A stretch of DNA of 64,000 nucleotides from Flavobacteriaceae bacterium (GTDB taxonomy: Bacteria; Bacteroidota; Bacteroidia; Flavobacteriales; Weeksellaceae), in the NCBI GenBank assembly GCA_004359435.1, contig PTET01000001.1, forward strand, positions 567,209 to 631,208, in the 5' to 3' direction. How positions within the stretch are numbered: position 1 is the stretch's first letter; each line of letters opens with the position of its first letter. Positions 57,309-64,000 of the stretch are shown here, in pieces. A program made the translations under genes and the position numbers. Under the pieces are notes generated by a model. It did no database searches. It saw only the letters and a list, made by a program, of their open reading frames with translations, and was not told the origin of the DNA.

Positions 57309-58034
57309 ATGAATATTGCACTGATTGGATATGGTAGAATGGGAAAAACCATTGAAAGAATTGCTCTTGAAAGAGGACATACCATAGCCTTGATTATTGA
57401 CCAAGGAGAAGAAATGACTCCAGAAAATACAAAAGGGGTAGATGTTGCCATAGAATTTACGGTTCCTTCGGCTGTGCTTAAAAATCTAGATTTTTTGGCC
57501 AAACACCAGATTCCAACAGTGTGTGGAACCACAGGATGGCTGGAGAATTACCAGGAAGTAAAAGCCAAGTTTGAGAAAAACGGTTCATTTTTGTATGCCT
57601 CCAATTTTAGTCTAGGGGTGAATTTGTTTTTTCAGCTCAACGAAATTTTGGCCAAAACCATGGGAAGATTTCCTTCTTACAAAACCGAGTTGGAAGAAAT
57701 TCACCATACTTTAAAGCTCGATGCACCCTCTGGAACGGCCATCACTCTGGCAGAAGGCGTGATTGAAAACACTTCTTATAACGCTTGGGAATTAAGCGAA
57801 GACAATATGAAGTATAGAACATCAGGAAAAGAAAATTTGCCCATTCAGGCCTTTAGAATTCCAGATGTGCCCGGAACCCATACGGTGAGATATACCTCTG
57901 AGGTGGATGACATAGAAATCAAACACACTGCCCATAGCCGTGAAGGGTTTGCCCTTGGGGCAGTTGTGGCAGCGGAGTTTATCCACGACAAAAAAGGAAT
58001 TTTCCAGATGAAGGATGTACTGGGAATTCAGTAA
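57309..58034 (+). CDS. dapB: 4-hydroxy-tetrahydrodipicolinate reductase
   Basis: EIHHTLKLDAPSGTA signature. Confidence 0.9.
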   Translation: MNIALIGYGRMGKTIERIALERGHTIALIIDQGEEMTPENTKGVDVAIEFTVPSAVLKNLDFLAKHQIPTVCGTTGWLENYQEVKAKFEKNGSFLYASNFSLGVNLFFQLNEILAKTMGRFPSYKTELEEIHHTLKLDAPSGTAITLAEGVIENTSYNAWELSEDNMKYRTSGKENLPIQAFRIPDVPGTHTVRYTSEVDDIEIKHTAHSREGFALGAVVAAEFIHDKKGIFQMKDVLGIQ

Positions 58035-58068
58035 AAAAAATTAAATTATCAAAAAATAAATCTACAAA

Positions 58069-59637
58069 ATGGATTACATTATCTCACCTAACTGGAACTC
58101 GTGGCTTATCGCATTTTTAGTGATCAACCTCATACATTTTTTGGGAACTTGGAAATTGTATATACTTGCCGGTAGAAAGGCTTGGGAAGCAGCCATTCCT
58201 CTTTACAATGTTTGGGTACTTTTGGACATTATCAAACGTTCTAAAAAATGGATGTTGATTCTTTTTATTCCCATTGTGGCACCCCTTATGTTTGCCATTT
58301 TGTGGGTTGAAACCGCTAGAAGTTTTGGCAAAAGAGACCTCATTCATGCGCTGCTATGCATTTTCACCCTTGGTTTTTATTTGTATTATTTAAATTACAT
58401 CGAAAAACCTGCCTACACTGGGCCTGAAGAAAGGGTTGAGAACCTTATTGCCTCTCTTTTGTATGCGATAATTCTGGCCACTATTGTACATACTTTTGTT
58501 ATTCAGCCATATACCATTCCAACTTCATCTATGGAGAAAACCCTACTGGTGGGTGATTTTCTTTTTGTGAGTAAACTCAATTATGGAAGCCGTGTACCGG
58601 TTACTCCCGTTGGGATTCCTTTTACCCAGAGCAGCTTTTTTGGGAAAAGGTCTTATGTAGATAAAATTAGGCTTCCTTATTTTCGATTTCCAAGTTTTGA
58701 AAAGGTCAAAAAAAATGACATTGTGGTGTTCAACTACCCCATGGATCCAGAAAATTTGGCTTTAGACAGAAAAACCCCATATGTAAAACGCTGTGTAGGA
58801 CTTCCTGGTGAAACCGTTGAGATAAAAGATGGAATCGTGTTTACAGATGGCAAAGAAGAAGTTTTGCCTGGGGATGCCCAAAGACAGTTTAATTATGAGG
58901 TGTATACCGGTGGTCAGCCTTTAAATGTTGAAATGTTATTGGAAGAATTAAAGTATCTAAGTGCAGATGATGTAAAGTACGGTGCGCTAGGAGATCAGCC
59001 TGTTTATTTGTTTGAAGGTTTAACCGAAGAACAGGCTACGGTTCTTTCTAAATATCCTTCGGTACAAAAGATAATAAAAAGTAGACCAGACCCAAAGCTT
59101 GCCACAGGTGTAGCCTACAATGAAGATGGAAGCATCAACGAAGAAAATTCTGTGATGCCTCTTGACAAAGGGTATACTTCTTTTAATTTAGGCCCTCTTC
59201 AAATCCCAAAAAAGGGAGATGTAATTATCCCAAGCAAAGAGAATTATTATCTCTACAAAGACTTACTTGAAAGAAGCGAAGGGAAAACCGTAGTTAAAAC
59301 CGCAAATGGCTACACCATAGATGGAAAATCAGGGCCTTATACCCTAAGCCAAGATTATTATTATATGATGGGAGACAACAGAGACATGTCTTTGGATGGA
59401 CGTTTCTTTGGCTTTGTAGGGGAAAACCACATTCTTGGAAAACCCGTATTTATTTGGATGAGTTGGTTTAATATGTTCTCTGATGGAAAGGCCAATGCAC
59501 CCAGTAAATGGAAAGCCAACTGGGAGAGATTTTTTACCGTGCCCAACAATGGAGAACCCAACAAAACCTCTTATTTGTGGATAGGAGTTCTGTTTTTGGT
59601 CTGGTTTTTTGGCTGGGATTTCTTCAAGAAAAAATAG
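58069..59637 (+). CDS. lepB: signal peptidase I (long Bacteroidota form)
   Basis: SSMEKTL catalytic Ser block and GDNRDMSLDGRFFG. Confidence 0.9.
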   Translation: MDYIISPNWNSWLIAFLVINLIHFLGTWKLYILAGRKAWEAAIPLYNVWVLLDIIKRSKKWMLILFIPIVAPLMFAILWVETARSFGKRDLIHALLCIFTLGFYLYYLNYIEKPAYTGPEERVENLIASLLYAIILATIVHTFVIQPYTIPTSSMEKTLLVGDFLFVSKLNYGSRVPVTPVGIPFTQSSFFGKRSYVDKIRLPYFRFPSFEKVKKNDIVVFNYPMDPENLALDRKTPYVKRCVGLPGETVEIKDGIVFTDGKEEVLPGDAQRQFNYEVYTGGQPLNVEMLLEELKYLSADDVKYGALGDQPVYLFEGLTEEQATVLSKYPSVQKIIKSRPDPKLATGVAYNEDGSINEENSVMPLDKGYTSFNLGPLQIPKKGDVIIPSKENYYLYKDLLERSEGKTVVKTANGYTIDGKSGPYTLSQDYYYMMGDNRDMSLDGRFFGFVGENHILGKPVFIWMSWFNMFSDGKANAPSKWKANWERFFTVPNNGEPNKTSYLWIGVLFLVWFFGWDFFKKK

Positions 59638-60243
59638 GTGAACGTAAGCCTTCCTTTGCTGTATTTACCTCCTATTGGCTATTATGTTTATTTGCTTGGG
59701 AAAGATGAGCCTAAGTTTAATCTAATAGAAAATTTCAAAAAGAAAACTTTCCACAATCGCTGCGAAATATTGTCCAGTGGTGGAATTCAAAATTTGATTG
59801 TTCCTGTTTTGCACAATGGTTTTAAAACCATGGCTGAGGTTGAAATTTCTTACGCCGAACCTTGGGTTTTGGGGCATCAAAAATCGCTCAATTCGGCTTA
59901 CAGATCTTCTGCCTTTTTTGAACATTACAAAGACGAACTCTTTGCGATTCTAGACACCAAGCCTAAAAAATTACATCAGCTGAATTTAGAATTGCATCGG
60001 TGGCTTTGGAAATCTCTTGAGATGGATAGTATTTTTTTATCACCAGAGGTATTAAAACAAACTCAGTTAAATCCAAATTGGCTAGAGGTAAAATCGGCCA
60101 GAGAAAATAATTTTCCAAAGTATTTTCAAGTCTTTTTTGATAAGTTCGAATTTATTGCGAACTTGAGTGCTTTGGATTTGCTTTTTAATTTGGGTCCAGA
60201 AAGCATTTTATATTTAAAAAAAACATCAGAACTACAGTTATGA
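59638..60243 (+). CDS. WbqC-family protein
   Basis: LLYLPPIGYY N-terminus. GTG start immediately after the lepB stop. Confidence 0.75.
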   Translation: MNVSLPLLYLPPIGYYVYLLGKDEPKFNLIENFKKKTFHNRCEILSSGGIQNLIVPVLHNGFKTMAEVEISYAEPWVLGHQKSLNSAYRSSAFFEHYKDELFAILDTKPKKLHQLNLELHRWLWKSLEMDSIFLSPEVLKQTQLNPNWLEVKSARENNFPKYFQVFFDKFEFIANLSALDLLFNLGPESILYLKKTSELQL

Positions 60244-61883
60244 AAAAAGTACTCTTACTCATTTTATCGGCCTATTTGGTCTCTTGTACGGCGGTAAAAC
60301 CGCAGGTAGATCCTAGTGATAACAGTCAGAATCCAGCCCAGAATAAAGATGCCATTAGTGTAAATCAGTGGTTTCACAGCAATTTGGCAACAGAAGGAAT
60401 TTATGGGGTGGCAGATGATGCTGCCAGAGCCTATTTGGCTTCAAAAAATATTACACCCAAACCGCTTGTGGTTGGGGTAATTGACTCTGGAGTAGATGCC
60501 GAGCATCAGGATCTAAAAGCCAACATGTGGGTAAATCCCAAAGAGGTTGCTGGAAATAATCTAGACGATGACAAAAACGGTTATGTCGATGATGTGTACG
60601 GTTGGAATTTTATTGGAAATCCCAATGGAGAAAATGTGAAAGAAGATACCTTCGAAATTACCCGTTTGTATGTGAAATACAAAGCTATGTTCGAGGGATC
60701 AAACAAATACACAAACCAAAAAAATATCGAAAAATATCCTGATCAGTTTAAAGAATACTTGGAGCTAAAACCCAAATATTTGAAAAAGTACGAAGAGGCC
60801 AAAAAGGGATACGAAAAATTTGCAGGCGGACAGTTTGAGCAAATGAAAGCCGCCTTTGAAGGTGCCGATTCTCACTTTAAAGGAAAAAAAATGACCAAAG
60901 AGAATTTGGCTTCGTTTAATCCAACTACCCTTGAGGGGCAAGCGTTTAAAAATTGGATGGAGCAACTTTCGAATAGTCCTGCCGCTGCTGAGTTAAAACA
61001 AATGACTTACGAAGAATTAAAAGATGAGATTTTAGGAACTCCAGAGTATTACAATACAGAGTATAACAAACACTATAGCCCAGACTTTGATCCAAGAAGC
61101 ATCGTTGGAGATAACTACCAAGATCAATCCGAAAAATTTTATGGAAATAACGATGTAGAAGGTCCAGATGCGCTTCACGGAACCCATGTGGGAGGGATTA
61201 TTTCGGCCGTTAGATCTAACGGGATTGGTATGGATGGGATTGCTGGAAACCATGTCAAAATCATGAGCATCCGCGCCGTTCCAGATGGAGACGAAAGAGA
61301 CAAAGACGTGGCCAATGCCATAAGATACGCCGTGGACAACGGTGCGAAAATCATCAACATGAGTTTTGGTAAAGGGTATTCTCCGTACCAAAGTGTGGTT
61401 ACTGATGCCATTTTGTATGCCACAGAAAAGGATGTTCTCTTGGTGCATGCCGCTGGAAATTCTGATGAAGACATCGATGTAGAACCTAACTTCCCCACCA
61501 ATTACAAAGGTTTACAAGAAATTTCACCCAACTGGATAACTGTGGGGGCTTCAACCAGAAACAATAGTGAGCTCAAAGCCAGTTTTTCTAATTTTGGAAA
61601 AGTTCAGGTAGATGTCTTTGCTCCTGGGCTAGAGATATACTCTTGTATCCCAGATGATCAGTATAAACTCTTGCAAGGTACTTCTATGGCTTCTCCGGTT
61701 GTGGCGGGTGTAGCTGCCCTTGTTTGGAGTCATTTTCCAAATTTAACTGCCGCTCAGGTAAAACAAATTTTACTAGAGTCTGTGAACAAAGGCGATGCCG
61801 ATTTTCAAGGACTTTCTAAAAGTGGAGGGGTGGTAGATGCGCTAAAAGCCGTTCAATTGGCTGAGCAAATGAGCCAAAGATAA
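60240..61883 (+). CDS. S8-family (subtilisin-like) serine peptidase, lipoprotein
   Basis: Lipobox LVSC. Catalytic triad blocks VIDSGVD, HGTHVGG and GTSMASP. Confidence 0.85.
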   Translation: MKKVLLLILSAYLVSCTAVKPQVDPSDNSQNPAQNKDAISVNQWFHSNLATEGIYGVADDAARAYLASKNITPKPLVVGVIDSGVDAEHQDLKANMWVNPKEVAGNNLDDDKNGYVDDVYGWNFIGNPNGENVKEDTFEITRLYVKYKAMFEGSNKYTNQKNIEKYPDQFKEYLELKPKYLKKYEEAKKGYEKFAGGQFEQMKAAFEGADSHFKGKKMTKENLASFNPTTLEGQAFKNWMEQLSNSPAAAELKQMTYEELKDEILGTPEYYNTEYNKHYSPDFDPRSIVGDNYQDQSEKFYGNNDVEGPDALHGTHVGGIISAVRSNGIGMDGIAGNHVKIMSIRAVPDGDERDKDVANAIRYAVDNGAKIINMSFGKGYSPYQSVVTDAILYATEKDVLLVHAAGNSDEDIDVEPNFPTNYKGLQEISPNWITVGASTRNNSELKASFSNFGKVQVDVFAPGLEIYSCIPDDQYKLLQGTSMASPVVAGVAALVWSHFPNLTAAQVKQILLESVNKGDADFQGLSKSGGVVDALKAVQLAEQMSQR

Positions 61884-62146
61884 GCTATAATTATAAAATT
61901 AAAACTTTGCACTCCAAGGGTTTAAGTTTATAAAGATTCTTAAAGTGTAAGAATTTCTTTAATTTCTACACCAAAACATTCTAAAAATGCTAAAAAAAAC
62001 TTAACTTAACGTTGAGTTTTTTTTGTTTAATGTGGGATATTCTTAAGTCTAATTTGTGATTTTCACACCTTCTTTTTTTTGTAATTTTCCCCCGGATTTT
62101 ATATCGAGTTAATATATAAGCCAATATTTTATTTAGAACCTATCGC

Positions 62147-64000
62147 ATGAAATTTAAGTTGAAATTTTTCTTTTTTCTTTTGCTAAACACTTTGGTGGTT
62201 TTTGGAAAATCAAACCAAGCGTATTTTGATCCTTCTGTTGAAGGTTCGGAGCTTTTGTTGCAAAAACACACTCAAGACAAAAACACCTATTCTATCTTCT
62301 CCCATGCCAAACCAGGGAGTTTGATTGTACAAGGACAGTGGTTAGAAAAAGAGGAGATTTTGTCTTTTCTTCAAACCCAAATTTCCAAAGAAACCCAATT
62401 CATCAATATTTTTGGATGTGAGTTTGCCAAAGGCAAAAAAGGCTTAGAGGCTGTTTCTTTCTTGGAAAAGAATTTGGGGGTAAAAATTTCTGCCTCTACC
62501 AACATCACAGGAAAAGATGGAGATTGGAAGCTGGAGGTGGGTTCGGGAAAAACTTTTGATGAGTTTGAAAAGTACGGATTCAATTTGCAATACAATCCCA
62601 CAGATGATTTCGATGGGGATGCAAAACTCAACAATGTCGATTTGGATGACGACAACGATGGAGTTTTGGATTCTGTAGAAGGATCTGCAGATACTGATGG
62701 GGATAGCATGACAGACAGTTTCGATTTGGATTCTGATGGTGACGGATGTCCAGATGCCATTGAGACTGGAGCAGGAATCACTACAGCAAATTTGAAAAGA
62801 AACACAAGTATTTCTGGTACTGTAGATGCAAATGGAGTTCCAACCCTTGCAAATGGGGGTATTCCAAGAGGGGACGGTGCCAATGCTACCATTTCAAATG
62901 GATGTTTGCCACTGGGTTCCATCGGAGGAATGGGTTTTGCTGATGATTTTGACGGGGATGGCAATAGAAACGACAGAGATCCAGACGATGACAACGATGG
63001 GGTTTTGGACAAAGAAGAATGTCCGTTGGGAGACAATTTCGAATTTCAGAACGGCTGGTTGGGCTTGGGAAATGGTTCTGCACAAACTGCCACCAATGTG
63101 GACATCAGCTCCAAAATGGGTCTACCTACAGGAAGTGTAATTGTTTCTGTTACCAATGCATATACCAATGGTGCAGGAATTTCATTTGTCAAAGGTGGAC
63201 AACTAACCACATATACCATTTCAGGAACGGTTCCGGTGTATGTAACCGTTGCATTTACCGACAATACTTTGAGCCCAAATGAAAAAAAGATTCTTATCGC
63301 AAATGATGGAACGCCTTATTTTCCGGACAATCTCGCTCCATCGCCTGTGGCGTATTTGCAAAACAATCTCACCTATACCACATCCAACACTTCTGCCGCC
63401 AGTTACACCTCTTCCTATGGACAATTTAGATATGTTTCCAGAGCACCAGCAACAAGTTTTACGATCAGCAAAGAAGATGGAACAACAACCAATGAAAGGG
63501 TTAATTTTTATTTTAGCCCAAACCCTTTAAATATTTGTACCAATACCAATCCAAGTACCAATCCCAACCTTTTCAATTTGGATTCTGATGGAGATGGATG
63601 TAGCGATGCCGTTGAATCTGGTGCAAAGAGTAACCTTTCATCTAACTATGTCACCACGATTCCATCAGGACCAGACAGCAATGACAATGGGTACTTGGAT
63701 ATATATGAATTAAACCCAGTTGGACCTCCAGGGCAACCTATCGGGAATTATCTCTCCACTTACCCACAATATGCGATAAAGTCAAATATGAATTTCTGCA
63801 CAGATAACGATGGAGATGCCATCAGCAATTTGGCGGACATAGATGACGACAACGATGGAATTTTGGATGCAGAAGAAGCACCAAGCTGTTATTATACAGC
63901 AACAGAAATGGGGGTTCCAAGTAGAGTAACCAGTGAAATACCAACTACAAGTACCATTGCCAATTTGTTTGACAATACCAACACATCCACTTTTGCTTTT
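62147..64000 (+). CDS. giant surface adhesin-like protein, N-terminal 618 aa (DUF4347-like domain plus thrombospondin type-3-like Ca-binding repeats); continues beyond the window
   Basis: Hand translation of frame 2 from ATG 62147 is stop-free to base 64000. It has a signal peptide MKFKLKFFFFLLLNTLVVFG. The DUF4347-like blocks are FDPSVEG...IFSHAKPGSLIVQG...IFGCEFAKG...ISASTNITGKDGDWKLE. D-rich repeats follow. It is absent from the supplied ORF track. Confidence 0.85.
   Translation, partial: MKFKLKFFFFLLLNTLVVFGKSNQAYFDPSVEGSELLLQKHTQDKNTYSIFSHAKPGSLIVQGQWLEKEEILSFLQTQISKETQFINIFGCEFAKGKKGLEAVSFLEKNLGVKISASTNITGKDGDWKLEVGSGKTFDEFEKYGFNLQYNPTDDFDGDAKLNNVDLDDDNDGVLDSVEGSADTDGDSMTDSFDLDSDGDGCPDAIETGAGITTANLKRNTSISGTVDANGVPTLANGGIPRGDGANATISNGCLPLGSIGGMGFADDFDGDGNRNDRDPDDDNDGVLDKEECPLGDNFEFQNGWLGLGNGSAQTATNVDISSKMGLPTGSVIVSVTNAYTNGAGISFVKGGQLTTYTISGTVPVYVTVAFTDNTLSPNEKKILIANDGTPYFPDNLAPSPVAYLQNNLTYTTSNTSAASYTSSYGQFRYVSRAPATSFTISKEDGTTTNERVNFYFSPNPLNICTNTNPSTNPNLFNLDSDGDGCSDAVESGAKSNLSSNYVTTIPSGPDSNDNGYLDIYELNPVGPPGQPIGNYLSTYPQYAIKSNMNFCTDNDGDAISNLADIDDDNDGILDAEEAPSCYYTATEMGVPSRVTSEIPTTSTIANLFDNTNTSTFAF
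62639..63868 (+). repeat. dispersed intragenic Ca-binding repeat motifs within the adhesin gene
   Basis: D-x-D-D-D-N-D-G-[VI]-L-D is encoded at 62639-62671, 62978-63010 and 63836-63868. L-D-S-D-G-D-G-C-x-D-A-x-E-[TS]-G-A is encoded starting at about 62726 and about 63578. Confidence 0.8.

Noticed and set aside
62371-63036. 221-aa S/P-rich minus-strand ORF (the only long ORF the track shows here)
   Set aside because: It is antisense to the stop-free frame-2 adhesin ORF, which has a signal peptide and repeated Ca-binding motifs. The minus-strand product has no start context or motifs.
1-64000. CRISPR arrays, IS elements, integrases, prophage blocks, restriction-modification, toxin-antitoxin or other defence cassettes
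   Set aside because: No direct-repeat/spacer periodicity, transposase or integrase motifs, or characteristic gene pairs were seen on either strand. All gaps longer than 150 nt were read and contain only terminators, promoter-like AT-rich sequence or the Fur remnant.

Overview
This is a 64-kb, mostly housekeeping chromosomal segment from a low-G+C Bacteroidota genome, most likely order Flavobacteriales. Supporting evidence: parA-parB-DUF5683-dapB-lepB-wbqC and recF-DUF721 syntenies, bshA, TAnnTTTG-type -7 boxes, many lipoproteins and a DUF4347/TSP3 giant surface protein. I call about 63 protein-coding loci (two partial at the window edges), a tRNA-Ser/Pro/Arg cluster, about 10 rho-independent terminators and a few candidate promoter/operator sites. 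I saw no rRNA, CRISPR array, IS element, integrase, prophage or recognisable defence or toxin-antitoxin cassette, so I cannot point to a clear novel multi-gene system. Four things stand out. (1) Conserved genes are broken at unusually high density. Five are hit by internal deletions: lon, gcvP, a Fur-family gene, a LysR/MFS pair, and a metallophosphoesterase fused in frame to a GH3/beta-lactamase gene. An OsmC-family gene carries an in-frame TGA at a Trp position. This indicates either genome decay or an assembly/editing artefact. (2) An open reading frame of at least 618 codons for a giant adhesin-like protein starts at 62147 and is absent from the supplied ORF track because it runs off the window. 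(3) There is a tightly coupled thioredoxin-like/ApbE/DUF4266/DUF3570 envelope module of unknown function. (4) A MarR-headed beta-oxidation operon has two palindromes overlapping its likely promoter. All family assignments come from motif recognition by eye; no searches or computations were run.
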